Part shown: positions 19,463-29,920 of the stretch, piece after piece
Position numbering within the stretch: the first letter of the stretch is position 1
Layout: each line of letters begins with the position of its first letter
Assembly: GCA_965203175.1 (NCBI GenBank)
Contig: OZ241867.1
Span: 5,216,001 to 5,280,000, forward strand
Origin: Candidatus Latescibacterota bacterium
GTDB lineage: Bacteria; Latescibacterota; UBA2968; UBA8231
Reading direction: 5' to 3'
DNA: 64,000 nucleotides
Translations under genes and position numbers: made by a program
The notes under the pieces: generated by a model
What the model was told of the DNA's origin: nothing
Database searches by the model: none
Seen by the model: only the letters and a program-made list of their open reading frames with translations

Positions 19463-21034
19463 TCATCGACGGCGACGGGAAGCTCTGCGCTGCTGCGGAC
19501 AGTCACTGAAGTCCCGGCGCGGGTCCTGGCTGACCACATCTGGAAAATCGAGCGGCTGGTCCGCTTCTACCAGCATCCCGTCCCCACGCATGATCTGGTT
19601 AGACGTTCGAGGCTTTACCCGACTCGGATACTGCTTGCGATATTGCGCGCTTTCCCGCCTAGTCGACTCGATGGATTCCGCAAAATCAAAGCTATCGAAG
19701 AGCACGGACTTGAGTTCCTTCAGTTCGGCGGCCGTTCCCCCGGCGGCGCAGCCTACCAGATTGCGCTGCTCGTCCGGATCGTCTATCAGGTCGAAGGCCA
19801 GGTCCTCGTAGGTGTGGCAGGCAATGTACTTGTAGCGCTGCGAGCGGATCATGCGGTATCCTTTGCCCAAGTTTTCGACGATGACGCCGGGACGTGCTGC
19901 CAGAGCCGGGCAGACATCGCCCCGCACCGCCGGCGTCAAGTCAATGCCGTCCAGATCGTCGAGCAGGGGCGAGTCGGTCAGGCCGCAGAGCGTGGGAAAG
20001 ATATCGGCTAGGCTCACCGGTGCGGCGATTTCAGCCGACGAGAGCTGACCCCTGCGGTGCTCTGGCAGGGAGACGATCAGCGGCACCCGCGCAGAAGCTT
20101 CGTGCCAAGTCTGTTTCCACCACAGGCCATGCTCCCCAGCCAGTTCGCCATGGTCCGAGGTATAGACGATGACGGTGTTGTCGAGCAGCCCATCGCGCTC
20201 CAGAACCGCTAAAAAATCCCCTATGATTTCGTCCAACTGGTCTACGCAGGCAGCGTATGCCGCCCGGGCGCGCTGGGTCTGTTCTGCCGTGATCTCTTCG
20301 GCGGGATGCCCCTGGGACGCGCCGCTATCCGACCTCAGAGCCTCCAAGGTCACGGGGTGGTTCTGGGCGTCCCCGTTGCGACCCACCTTCGGTGGGGTAA
20401 CTCCCTCGGGATAGTAGCGCTCAAAAAAGCGCCGGGGTGCGTTCATCGGGAAGTGCGGGTGGACGAACGAGGTGTACATCAACCAGGGCTGGTCCGGGTG
20501 GGCATGGCGGTGCTCGCGCAGCCACGCCGTGGCTTCGCGCACGACAACCTGTTCCTGAAGCAGGGATTCGGGGATATCGCTAAGACCGGCATCCTCGATG
20601 ATGGAGGGCATGAAGATGTGATCTTGGATCCCAGGCAGAAAAAGTGGGTCTTTCTGATGGCCTGGCGAAGGCGCGTCAAAGTCGCCGTAGGGGCGGGCCC
20701 CGAAGCCGGCGTACTGACGGGAGCCCTGCAGATGCATCTTGCCGACGGCGGCCGTGGCGTAGCCGTGCTGCCCCAAGTGCGAAGCAAAGGTCGGGGTGTC
20801 GGGCCACAGGACCGGGCAGCGGTGCGGGTGTCGGCCGGACAGCATCGACATGCGGCTGGGCGTGCACAAGGGCATCTGGCAATAGGCGGTTTCGAAGTGG
20901 ACACCCTGCTGGATGAGGCGGTCAAGCGTCGGCGTGCGGCAGGGTTCGCCGCCGCGCTCCGGAGGGCGAGCCGAGAGGAAGCGGAAACTGTGTTCATCAC
21001 TGAGAAGGAAGAGAATATTAGGGCGATTGGGCAT
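19463..21034 (-). CDS. Sulfatase (choline-sulfatase-like, formylglycine-dependent)
   Basis: PNILFLLSDEH, CTPSR (CxPxR), GKMH, TSDHGE. Confidence 0.92.
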   Translation of the reverse strand: MPNRPNILFLLSDEHSFRFLSARPPERGGEPCRTPTLDRLIQQGVHFETAYCQMPLCTPSRMSMLSGRHPHRCPVLWPDTPTFASHLGQHGYATAAVGKMHLQGSRQYAGFGARPYGDFDAPSPGHQKDPLFLPGIQDHIFMPSIIEDAGLSDIPESLLQEQVVVREATAWLREHRHAHPDQPWLMYTSFVHPHFPMNAPRRFFERYYPEGVTPPKVGRNGDAQNHPVTLEALRSDSGASQGHPAEEITAEQTQRARAAYAACVDQLDEIIGDFLAVLERDGLLDNTVIVYTSDHGELAGEHGLWWKQTWHEASARVPLIVSLPEHRRGQLSSAEIAAPVSLADIFPTLCGLTDSPLLDDLDGIDLTPAVRGDVCPALAARPGVIVENLGKGYRMIRSQRYKYIACHTYEDLAFDLIDDPDEQRNLVGCAAGGTAAELKELKSVLFDSFDFAESIESTRRESAQYRKQYPSRVKPRTSNQIMRGDGMLVEADQPLDFPDVVSQDPRRDFSDCPQQRRASRRRR

Positions 21035-21082
21035 GGGTATAGCTCCTGTAGAAGTTAGATCATCACTTGGGCAAAGCTCTAC

Positions 21083-21111
21083 AAAAAAAGCCCCTGATTA
21101 CTCAGGGGCTT
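21083..21111 (-). terminator. Intrinsic terminator of tRNA-Val
   Basis: Minus strand AAGCCCCTGA-GTAA-TCAGGGGC followed by T7. Confidence 0.85.
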
Positions 21112-21117
21112 GTAGAG

Positions 21118-21194
21118 TGGTGGGCGATCCCAGACTCGAACTGGGGACATCCTGCTTGTAAGGCAGGCGCTCTGACCAACTGAGCTAACCGCCC
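21118..21194 (-). tRNA. tRNA-Val (anticodon TAC)
   Basis: GGGCGGTTAGCTCAGTTGGTCAGAGCG-CCTGC-CTTACAA-GCAGG-ATGTC-CCCAGTTCGAGTCTGGG-ATCGCCCACCA; cloverleaf with encoded CCA. Confidence 0.97.
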
Positions 21195-21202
21195 GGCTTT
21201 TA

Positions 21203-21231
21203 AGCATAGTTATTCCAGCCCTTATACGCAA
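21203..21231 (-). promoter_or_regulatory. Putative sigma70 promoter of tRNA-Val
   Basis: TTGCGT-17 nt-TATGCT ending 8 nt before the tRNA. Confidence 0.6.
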
Positions 21232-21247
21232 AGCGAGCGACGTCCAT

Positions 21248-22651
21248 TTACTGCTCATCAGCCGCGGTGATTTGTTCATACCGGGCAATGGCCTCCCCCG
21301 CCTCAGCGTGCAGCCCCTGTTCCCTATAAACCATAGCCAGCCCGTAATACGCATCGGCATAGTCCGGGCGAATCCGCAACGCGCGTTGGTAGCACGCCAG
21401 CGCCTCGTGCGGTTGGCCATTGAGTAGCTGGGCACTTCCCAAATTGTTGTAGGCTAGCGCGTACGCCGTGTCAATGCGGACGGCGACTTCGTACATTGCG
21501 ATGGCTTCCCCGGTATCTCCCATGCGCAAATACGCATTGCCAAGATTGTTGTACGCCGGCGCGTAATCCGGCCGCACAGCGAGACAGCTTCTCAGGGCAC
21601 TGATTGCCAAGGAGGGCATATTCAGTTTGGCGTAAATCCCGGCCAAGGCGTAATGGGCCAAGGCGTTATCCGGCTCTCGCCGCAGTCGGTCTCTGAGTTG
21701 AGCTAGATCGTCAGCATGGGGTGCCAACTCTTCAAAGCGGCTCAAGTACTGTTGAGCTTCCTCCTTTCTTCCCTGTCTGACGTAGAGCGTACCTAACTTG
21801 AAATAGGTCCGCGCCCGCACCGGATCCAAGGAGATGGCGCGCAGATAATGCGCCTCGGCGAGCGTCTCGGCGCGTCGTCGCTCCTCGGCCAACCCCAAGC
21901 CTACATGGGCTTGGGCCGCGCTCGGATCGAGGGCGAGGGCCGCGCCAAAAGCCGTTGTGGCCGCATCTACTTGGCCAGCTTGCAGCAGGGCGTAGCCTAG
22001 GCCTATCCGCGCGCTAGGCCAATCCGCTCTCAGCGCCACTGCTCGCCTAAACGCCGCGATACCTTCTTGGTACTCGCCGAGACGCTCGGCGTAGATCTGG
22101 CCTAGGGCGTAAAATGCCAAACTGTACCCCGTATCAATGCGAGTAGCCTGCCGCAGGGCTGTAATCGCCTCGTAGTACGCCTTGAGCTTGATGTAAGCCA
22201 AGCCAAGATTGTAGAACGCCCCGGCATTTTCTGGATCGAGTGCCAGCGCCTGTCGATACAAATCGCGGCTGTGGGCGTATTCCTCTTGTTCCAAGGCCAA
22301 ACTGGCCAAGCTACACAACGCACCCATGTGCTCGTCGTCCAGCGAGAGGGCACTGCGAAAATGGCTTTCGGCCTGCTCGTATAGACCCTGTTTGCAGGAG
22401 ATATTCCCCAGCCCGACCCAAGCGTCCGCAGTCATCGGATTGATGCTCAGAGCCGTGCGGTAGTGGTGGTCTGCCCCTTGGTAGTCGCGCTCGCGCAAGA
22501 GTAGATCGGCCAGTTGCCAATGGGCTTCGCCATCCTGCGGATGCCGTTCCAGCCACATTTGGTAGTCGGTCTTGGTCGTGGGGGGACGCTCGCACGCGAT
22601 CAGCATAGCCAGCGCGGTCCCCAAGAGAACAGATGGACGGGTCCTGCCCAT
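21248..22651 (-). CDS. Tetratricopeptide-repeat lipoprotein
   Basis: Lipobox LIAC; about 11 TPR units (AYNNLGNAY, AFYNLGLAY, ALALDP). Confidence 0.9.
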   Translation of the reverse strand: MGRTRPSVLLGTALAMLIACERPPTTKTDYQMWLERHPQDGEAHWQLADLLLRERDYQGADHHYRTALSINPMTADAWVGLGNISCKQGLYEQAESHFRSALSLDDEHMGALCSLASLALEQEEYAHSRDLYRQALALDPENAGAFYNLGLAYIKLKAYYEAITALRQATRIDTGYSLAFYALGQIYAERLGEYQEGIAAFRRAVALRADWPSARIGLGYALLQAGQVDAATTAFGAALALDPSAAQAHVGLGLAEERRRAETLAEAHYLRAISLDPVRARTYFKLGTLYVRQGRKEEAQQYLSRFEELAPHADDLAQLRDRLRREPDNALAHYALAGIYAKLNMPSLAISALRSCLAVRPDYAPAYNNLGNAYLRMGDTGEAIAMYEVAVRIDTAYALAYNNLGSAQLLNGQPHEALACYQRALRIRPDYADAYYGLAMVYREQGLHAEAGEAIARYEQITAADEQ

Positions 22652-22658
22652 CGCCCTG

Positions 22659-25295
22659 TTAGCGCAATCCGGCGAAGATGGTTACAAACGTGAGGAAATT
22701 GGTTTCATCGCCTTGTTGCAACGCCCGGCGTTGCCAGCGCACACCAACCTTGGTGGATAGTGCGTAGCCCTGATACTCAGAGTTATTAGTAAACTGAGTG
22801 GCCAAGGTTAGGGTAGTAAAATCCTCGACAAAGGCCGGAGGCAGTGGATCGGGCTCTTGTCGCAGATTCCTAAAGACTTCCCATTCAATCCCCGATTCCG
22901 AGATGAGCTGGCCGGGTATGAGATCGTACGTCCCGATTAAGAAGAAAATCTCCGACAGCTCATTGCGTTGCAGAGCCAAAGGATCTGTGGGGACTTGGCG
23001 GGCGTACTGCTGCTTCCACTTCGGCGAAATGGTGATTCCCGCGAACGGCTCGTAGTAGTACTCAGCTCTCAGTATGACACCTAAGAAACTCTCGTTGCGC
23101 TTTTCCTCGGACTGATTCTCGCGCTGAAAATAATGGTCCCATTTGACTTTACCAGACACGTTCAGCGGCTGCAGACGATGAATAGCGAAGTCGAGATACG
23201 AAGTGTTGATCATCGTATTCTGGGCTATCAGGCGGTCCTGCACATCCTGCAAACCCCCTGCCGAAAAGGGAGACTGGACCCACTGAATCAGCGCGTCGGG
23301 AATATCGTCGCGGGCAACGCGCAAAAATTCCATGAAGCGAAACTTAAAGCCGCGCAATGGCAGGTCTTCCTGCCAAGTAAAAAGCCCATAGCTCGTCTGG
23401 TTCCGCCGGGCACTACCGATCAACCACTCGCGTAGATGCCCGACCATGAGCTTAGAACCGGGCTGCATTTCAGCGCCCACATAGAAGTTGTAACCCCGGT
23501 GGTCGCGCTTGTAGGGATAATCGGGTTCGGTATCGTTTTCGAGGCGGTCTATGACGGTGTTGTTGTTCATGTCGGTGCCGAAGAGAAATTCGGGCGGATC
23601 GACATTGTAGCGCAGAAAGGGTTCGACGTAATCGGGCTGCAAATTGTCGTTCTGGTTAAAATCGTTGACCAAGTCGTTGTTCTCGTCGAGGCCGGGGAAC
23701 ACCTCGACATCCGCGGCGCGGGTCGTCTGCTGCCCCGGCACAAAACCGCCTCCGGTAACGCGCCGCCGCCAGTCGGGGAAGCGATCTTGGTCGTCGTTGT
23801 CATCGACAAACTCATAGGTGAAGTTGAGCTCATCTTCGTAGTCGATAAAACCGCGCTGATCGGGAATGACCATAGAGGTGCCGTAGTTCGGATCCATGGA
23901 AAAGGCCTCGCCATAGGCGAACCAAGGATAGGTCAAGCGCGAGGCAGTGACGTAAAAAGCCTCGGCGCGGTCGGACGCTAGTGCCTGCCTCTTGACGATA
24001 TTCTGATTGGGAAACTTGCGGTGGTGGCGATTGACGTTGAATTCGGAGCGAAGATTGAATCCGGCCAGCTCGGAAACTTCAAACGTAAAACCCATGATTT
24101 CGTTGGCCGTCGGCAGGCCGTACTGGAAGCGGACGACCTGCTGATTGGAGCCATCGCTGATATTGCCGTTGCTCCGCTTGACCGGCAGGAAGACCGTCTC
24201 TCCCGTGAAATTGGTCTGCATATTGGAGGTTACTTCTATGCGAAAATCATTGGCCACCACCAACTCGATATCGATCTTGCGGGCTTCTTTGAAATCGCTG
24301 ATTTGGTCCTTTACGCCCGGAACGAAATCGCGTTCGACATCGTAACTAAGCGTCAGCACATCGCCGCCGTTAGCTTCGAGCAGACCCTGGCGTCGCGTTC
24401 CTCCGTCAATCGAAGGTTTTATTTCCGGATGCTCGACATCGTCGATGAAGATCCGTTCGCGGAACAGCAGCGCTCCTCCGGTATTATCTTCGGGCGAATC
24501 GTCGCTGAGGCGGACGACGATGCGGCGGACATTCTCCGCATTCAAACGCCCGCCGAGAATGCCCTTGAGGGAATTCTCTTCGACGCTCAAGCGGCTATTC
24601 CCGTGGTTGGCATTGACGTACGTCAATCCGAGTGTGGCGAAATCGCCGACTTGGGCAACTCCACGCAATCCGTACAAATTGGTGAAGACCGTCTCTCTAG
24701 CTTCGGAGATTTCGCTGTCGAGGCGTTGGACGGCCGGATTGTCAATGCGCGAAGCAATGAAGGTCAAGGCGTATTTGTCGGACTGCATATCCCACTGGAT
24801 GCCGTCGAAGAGAGGCTTCGAGAAGGTCATCGGCGTAAGCGTGGTCCGCAGTTGTTCGCCCACGGTCAGTGCAGTGTAGAATTGCCCTTTGGAAGCAGAG
24901 GATATCAGGACGCGGTTGAACCAACTATTGAAGCGGGGGTTTTTGAAAATGCTGCTGCCAAAATCGAGCGGGTGCTCCTGGCGCCAGTCGTAGATGCGCC
25001 AACCACGGGTGATATAGTTGCCATACAGGTCGTAATAGCGATCTCCTTCCAAGAAGAGATTGACGTAGCGTTGGTAGTTGTCCCGGGCGTAGTTGGTATA
25101 CTCGTAGGTCTTCCAGCCATAGAGGTAAAGCAGCGTCTGGGGCACGTACCATTTCCGCATAACCGGACTTAGGGACTCAAAATCGACGGGCGTTCCGGTT
25201 GCTTTGTACGGATTGAAGAACCCGCTTTGCAAATCGGCCTTGAGTTCCAGTGGCAAGAGGGCGAGCAAGACAAAGGACCAAATGGCTTTATTCAT
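22659..25295 (-). CDS. Large exported hypothetical protein (878 aa), probable outer-membrane protein with acidic Ca-binding-like loops
   Basis: Signal peptide; DDNDDQDRFPD, GLDENNDLVNDFNQNDN, DMNNNTVIDR; C-terminal third made of alternating aromatic/polar strands. Confidence 0.6.
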   Translation of the reverse strand: MNKAIWSFVLLALLPLELKADLQSGFFNPYKATGTPVDFESLSPVMRKWYVPQTLLYLYGWKTYEYTNYARDNYQRYVNLFLEGDRYYDLYGNYITRGWRIYDWRQEHPLDFGSSIFKNPRFNSWFNRVLISSASKGQFYTALTVGEQLRTTLTPMTFSKPLFDGIQWDMQSDKYALTFIASRIDNPAVQRLDSEISEARETVFTNLYGLRGVAQVGDFATLGLTYVNANHGNSRLSVEENSLKGILGGRLNAENVRRIVVRLSDDSPEDNTGGALLFRERIFIDDVEHPEIKPSIDGGTRRQGLLEANGGDVLTLSYDVERDFVPGVKDQISDFKEARKIDIELVVANDFRIEVTSNMQTNFTGETVFLPVKRSNGNISDGSNQQVVRFQYGLPTANEIMGFTFEVSELAGFNLRSEFNVNRHHRKFPNQNIVKRQALASDRAEAFYVTASRLTYPWFAYGEAFSMDPNYGTSMVIPDQRGFIDYEDELNFTYEFVDDNDDQDRFPDWRRRVTGGGFVPGQQTTRAADVEVFPGLDENNDLVNDFNQNDNLQPDYVEPFLRYNVDPPEFLFGTDMNNNTVIDRLENDTEPDYPYKRDHRGYNFYVGAEMQPGSKLMVGHLREWLIGSARRNQTSYGLFTWQEDLPLRGFKFRFMEFLRVARDDIPDALIQWVQSPFSAGGLQDVQDRLIAQNTMINTSYLDFAIHRLQPLNVSGKVKWDHYFQRENQSEEKRNESFLGVILRAEYYYEPFAGITISPKWKQQYARQVPTDPLALQRNELSEIFFLIGTYDLIPGQLISESGIEWEVFRNLRQEPDPLPPAFVEDFTTLTLATQFTNNSEYQGYALSTKVGVRWQRRALQQGDETNFLTFVTIFAGLR

Positions 25296-25340
25296 CGCGC
25301 TAGTTTCCCATCTCGATAGTGGCTCCGCATTGCGGCCCGA

Positions 25341-27668
25341 CTAATAGACCACATGGACGATGCGCTGTCGCCGCTCCGTTCTAGTATCGGTCTCTACCTT
25401 GGCATCCAAAATGTAGATACCAGGAGGCAACAATAAATCATTCTCATCCCGACCATCCCACACATAGTGCGTCTGGTCCACCTGTTCCGTGCTAGCAACC
25501 AGAGCGCCACTTAGATCGTAAATATCGACCTGGGGTTGAGCAGTGGTTTTTACCACCAGCAAGCGTAGCTGTAGTCTGTCGTTGATGCCGTCTCCGTTGG
25601 GCGTGACAATCGCCGGAGTCAACTCCAAGGCGCGGATGATGTGGTCCTCTTGGGCGATCTCGGGCACGAACACCGTCAAAGCCCCCTGGTCTTCCGGCTG
25701 GATCCCCTGACGGATATCGGGCTGCGTCGTAGAGCTTACCCAAGCGTCAAAAGCAGCGGCATCAGCCAACAGGCGCAGCGGCAAGTTGACTTCGATGCTG
25801 TCCCCGCGGACCTGTTCGGGCAAGTCGATTACAACCGAATCTCCTTCGGCCTCCACCTGCAACGGTTCAACCCGGCGATCCCCTATCCGCAATTGGACCT
25901 TACCTTCGAGGGGATTCGGCAAATCGAATAAGAGGCGGTTGAAACCCCGATCGGTCGGCCTAGTGCGACCTCCGAGGCGGAAGGTAAAAACCGTCAGCGA
26001 ATCGAGGGCTGCTTCACGTGGGGAGACGCTGGCGAAAACCCCGCCGCCGATGAGCGGATCGTCGAAGTCGAGGGCAATCTCGCGCAGCGTCGGTGCCACC
26101 TCGGGATCTTCGGTCTGCAGGCGCATCTCCATTTGGACGAACTTTCTCGGTGTGGGCGAGCGGAAGACTTCCCCTGACTCCTTGTAGGCCGAACTCCACG
26201 CACTCCAGTCAGCACCGGCTTTCGCCACTTTTACTTCGGGCAATTTCTGGCTAGCCGGCAGTTTGTTCCAGCGTCCTTGGGGAATTTCGCGCCCGTTCTT
26301 GTCGTAATAGAATATCTCTTCGTCTAGCGTATTGCCGGTGCGCGTGCGAATTTCTATGCGCGTCTCGGCGGTTGTCTCCGCCTCCCAGCGCATTCGGCGC
26401 AGGCTTTTGGCTCCTACCAGATCGATGAAATTCGAGGTCATCACCACCTCGGCCGGATGGCCCGCGCCGTAGAGGAAAATCTCGAACAAATGGAAGACGG
26501 TTTGCCTGTTGAGGGGAGCTTCGTGATGATAGAACAGATAGCGCACCTTGCGGGCGGGAAAGCGGAAATCAAAATTGCGGTTTCTCGTGCCCGCACTGCT
26601 CAACGTTTCATTATTGACGAAGCTAAGCAACTGGTAATCGACGGGACTCTGAAGCCGCTCTTCCCCTTGCGTGGGGATCGGCGTACCGTCCGAGGTCAAC
26701 AGTTCAAAACTGGACTGATTCCTGTACGCATTCACCCCTAGGGTGGCAAATCCCGGCGGCGGCTCCACCATCGTTAGCTGGTCAATCCAGAAGGTGGCTC
26801 CCAAATCCCATTCAAACCAATCGCCTTTATCGCGCCAGTCGAGGTCGCCCCGCGAGGTCAGGGTCCACCACGTGGCTGCGGTTCCGTCCATGATATTGGC
26901 GATGGTACGCGGATCGCGCCCAGTCCGTACGACGCCTCCTCGCTCGATGGTCCCCGGAGCAATATTGTCGCCTATGGCCTCGACCTCGACGGCTGCCAGC
27001 GCCGCATCCAGACTCTTGGCGTGGGCGACGACGCGGACGTACTGGATGGACATATACTCCAAGGTATCGCTGGTCGCCAAATGCTCGCCGGTAGCGTTGC
27101 CCAATTCCGGCGTCGCAAGGTCGTATTCTATCACCGTCTCCCAGCTAGGCTGGGTCGTGCCGCCCACCCGGTCGTAGCGGAAAACGTCCTGGCCAGTGAG
27201 GAAGGGCGTTCCTTCGGTGACGAAAACGGAAAACTCCCGCAGCGGTCGCGCCCCCTCGATATCGGGAAAGGTCAGCCGTATCTTTTTCGCTTGGACAAGA
27301 CGGCCTAAATCGATCTCGACCCACCAATCGTCGAGTGGGGCCTCTTGGCTGGGTTGCCACCAAGTGGCAGCCGCGCCATCGAGGATATGGGCGGCTTGGT
27401 CAATGTGGGTGCCCGCACCGCGAATCCCTCCCTGCACCTCTTTCCCCTTGGCGTTGAGATGGAAGAATTCGGCCGCGTTGGCAACGGCGTCTATATTGCG
27501 CCGAAAGCGTCTCAGGGCCACGCTGCCGTCTGTTGCCAATGACAACACTCCTTGCGGGAAAGTCCATTGCTGCCACTGCTCTCGGCTATTTATGAGCAGC
27601 GTTCCGGCGCTTGTTTCCCCGAGTGGGAAAAACACCAACAGTGTTAGCAAATATATCCGTCGCAACAT
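25341..27668 (-). CDS. Exported discoidin-like + C-terminal FlgD-Ig domain protein (subtype A)
   Basis: Start ATG 27668 (GAGG RBS; MLRRIYLLTLLVFF); ILDG...WVEIDLG; WSAWS; TPNGDGIND...WDGRD...VHVVY. Confidence 0.75.
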   Translation of the reverse strand: MLRRIYLLTLLVFFPLGETSAGTLLINSREQWQQWTFPQGVLSLATDGSVALRRFRRNIDAVANAAEFFHLNAKGKEVQGGIRGAGTHIDQAAHILDGAAATWWQPSQEAPLDDWWVEIDLGRLVQAKKIRLTFPDIEGARPLREFSVFVTEGTPFLTGQDVFRYDRVGGTTQPSWETVIEYDLATPELGNATGEHLATSDTLEYMSIQYVRVVAHAKSLDAALAAVEVEAIGDNIAPGTIERGGVVRTGRDPRTIANIMDGTAATWWTLTSRGDLDWRDKGDWFEWDLGATFWIDQLTMVEPPPGFATLGVNAYRNQSSFELLTSDGTPIPTQGEERLQSPVDYQLLSFVNNETLSSAGTRNRNFDFRFPARKVRYLFYHHEAPLNRQTVFHLFEIFLYGAGHPAEVVMTSNFIDLVGAKSLRRMRWEAETTAETRIEIRTRTGNTLDEEIFYYDKNGREIPQGRWNKLPASQKLPEVKVAKAGADWSAWSSAYKESGEVFRSPTPRKFVQMEMRLQTEDPEVAPTLREIALDFDDPLIGGGVFASVSPREAALDSLTVFTFRLGGRTRPTDRGFNRLLFDLPNPLEGKVQLRIGDRRVEPLQVEAEGDSVVIDLPEQVRGDSIEVNLPLRLLADAAAFDAWVSSTTQPDIRQGIQPEDQGALTVFVPEIAQEDHIIRALELTPAIVTPNGDGINDRLQLRLLVVKTTAQPQVDIYDLSGALVASTEQVDQTHYVWDGRDENDLLLPPGIYILDAKVETDTRTERRQRIVHVVY

Positions 27669-27682
27669 GCTATCCTCGGATA

Positions 27683-29695
27683 TCAATATGCTACCGAGAC
27701 CGAATGAAATTGCTCTGATACTTCTTTGTCCGCATCTACCTTTATATGCAAAAAGTAAATGCCCGGAGGGACCAGCCCCCCTTGGTCGTCGCGCCCGTCC
27801 CATTGCTCAGTGTAAAAACCCTTGTTCAATTTCCCGCGCACCAAGGTTCTGATCTGCTGACCTGCAAGGGTATAGACACCGATCTCAGTGGCGATATTCT
27901 CCACGCCCAATAGCGAGAACGCGATGTCGAGTTCGTCGTTGATGCGGTCGCCATTGGGAGTCAGGACCGACGGTGCCAACGCAATCTCGGACAGCGCTTC
28001 TATGGAGGTTCCCGTGGCGAAAACGCGGATGTCGTCGCTATTGAGATCCGCACTCGCGTCGCCAGGGTCAATCGACTGGGGCAGATTTTCCCCCTCCAGT
28101 TCCAACACCTCGCCGAGGAAGTAGGTAGTAAAATCCAACAAGGCCGTGCGAAAGGTCAGCCGCAGATGCTCCTCGCCATCGGCGCGCACTACTTTATGCG
28201 AGGGAAAATACACGGCTAAAACCCCATCGGCGAAGCGGACGCTGTCGGGGACTACCTCCTCCAGTGGCTGGCCGATTTCCAGCTTGACGAGCTCGGCCTC
28301 AGCTACAGTATTGAGTTTGATCGCATCAAAGCCTAGCTGGCCGTCGGAGCCGAAGCTAGCCAAAAGGTCGTAAATGAATATCGTGTCCTGACCAACCGGC
28401 GCTTCGGGCACCCGACTTCCCCCCCCGGCCAACCCCACCTCGCCGACGAGGGACTCCACGAGGAGCGGCGAGTACTCAATCGCCACGGATTTCACCCGAC
28501 CAAAAATGTGGAAATCCTCAGCTGCCATGTTGAACTGAAGCTGCATATAACGCCGCGCATCCGGCGAGCGGAGCAATTGGCCGGAAAGGTCGTAGGGCGT
28601 TGACCAGAAACTCCAGTTTTGCTCGTCGAGCTTAATCGACGACTTGTCGCCGGGGCGGTCTCCCCGGACAAAGGGCGATTTCTCCAACGCCTTGTTGTAA
28701 ACCGCTTCATCTACTTGCCGTTCCGTACCTATGTCGCTGATGATGTAATACGCCTTCGGAGTATCGTCCTTGCCGGTGCGCGTTTCCAGCACCAAGTTGA
28801 TCGGTGCGTCCGGAGACGAGATGGGTTCTGGTTCGCCCGGCGTTTTGCGAAACTTTTCGAACTCCCAGAAAATGCGCCCGAAATTCACCGGCGCTCCCAA
28901 GTCGATAACCGCTGTGCGATAACTAGTCTCCGGCGCAAAACCCTCGCCGTACACCTCAATCTCGCTCAGCATGTACACCTGTGCGATCAGATTGAAGGCA
29001 ATGCGCAAAAAACGCAGAGTCTGCGCGGGAAAGCGGACATCTATAACGCGGTCGGAGTTGACGAAGGTGCGGGACAATACCTGTTCTAATGTGTGAGGTC
29101 TGTCCTCTTCGCTGAGCAGGAGAAAATCCACTGGTTCGCTGGCACCCGATATTTCATACGCCCGGGGGAAGCGCTGCTTTCTCAAGCCCCCGCCTTCGTC
29201 CAGTCCGGTAGCTGGAGGATAGAATACCACGCGGTTTATGGGAATGGGAAACGCAAAATCGAAAGTATATATATCTTCCCGGCGACCCCCACCCACTACA
29301 GACCAGCGCAGCTTGGTCACTGTAGCGAGGTCGCCATCGATGACCTGAAAGGGTGCCGTGTGGTATAGAGGCAAGATACTAGTCCAGAAACGAGGCGTTA
29401 CCCCCAGTTCAAAATCGTCCCTTTTGGGCTGTTTGCCTAGCTGCCAAGTGCTGCCCAAAATCGTGGTATATTCACCACTCTCCGTGCGAGGCCCCGCGAT
29501 GATATTCTGCTGCGGCAAGAGTTCAAGGGGCTGCAGAGCACCATTGACCGGGACCGTCTCCAAGCCGACGACTCGCTCACCTAGTTCGTCCCATGGGATC
29601 CCACCCTGTCCGAGAACCAAGGTGTGGGTCTCGGACCACAGCGGCTCAACGCCGCTCAACAACACCGCAGCAACGGCAATGAAAGTAATCTTCAT
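27683..29695 (-). CDS. Exported discoidin-like + C-terminal FlgD-Ig domain protein (subtype B)
   Basis: Start ATG 29695 (MKITFIAVAAVLL); VIDGD; NWSFWS; TPNGDRIND...WDGRD...VSVAY. Confidence 0.75.
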   Translation of the reverse strand: MKITFIAVAAVLLSGVEPLWSETHTLVLGQGGIPWDELGERVVGLETVPVNGALQPLELLPQQNIIAGPRTESGEYTTILGSTWQLGKQPKRDDFELGVTPRFWTSILPLYHTAPFQVIDGDLATVTKLRWSVVGGGRREDIYTFDFAFPIPINRVVFYPPATGLDEGGGLRKQRFPRAYEISGASEPVDFLLLSEEDRPHTLEQVLSRTFVNSDRVIDVRFPAQTLRFLRIAFNLIAQVYMLSEIEVYGEGFAPETSYRTAVIDLGAPVNFGRIFWEFEKFRKTPGEPEPISSPDAPINLVLETRTGKDDTPKAYYIISDIGTERQVDEAVYNKALEKSPFVRGDRPGDKSSIKLDEQNWSFWSTPYDLSGQLLRSPDARRYMQLQFNMAAEDFHIFGRVKSVAIEYSPLLVESLVGEVGLAGGGSRVPEAPVGQDTIFIYDLLASFGSDGQLGFDAIKLNTVAEAELVKLEIGQPLEEVVPDSVRFADGVLAVYFPSHKVVRADGEEHLRLTFRTALLDFTTYFLGEVLELEGENLPQSIDPGDASADLNSDDIRVFATGTSIEALSEIALAPSVLTPNGDRINDELDIAFSLLGVENIATEIGVYTLAGQQIRTLVRGKLNKGFYTEQWDGRDDQGGLVPPGIYFLHIKVDADKEVSEQFHSVSVAY

Positions 29696-29920
29696 TCGTC
29701 CGAATTCTGGGTTACAATCCCCGCACTTTAGACGGGTCCCCTGTCTCGCTGAATCAACAAATGAGTGGCTTATGTTGAGATGTAGGTGACAGAAGATACG
29801 GCAGAACAACGGCGATACAAACCCCTCGCCGCTGGACGAGAAACCGCTTGGCACTGTTGCCCTTCTGCCCTAGAATTAAAATTTTCGCCAATGTCCGACG
29901 TAGATTAGCGATAACGCGAT

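Noticed and set aside
21118-21194. tRNA-Val as an integration site for a genomic island
   Set aside because: No integrase and no duplicated tRNA 3' end seen; the tRNA is followed directly by its terminator.
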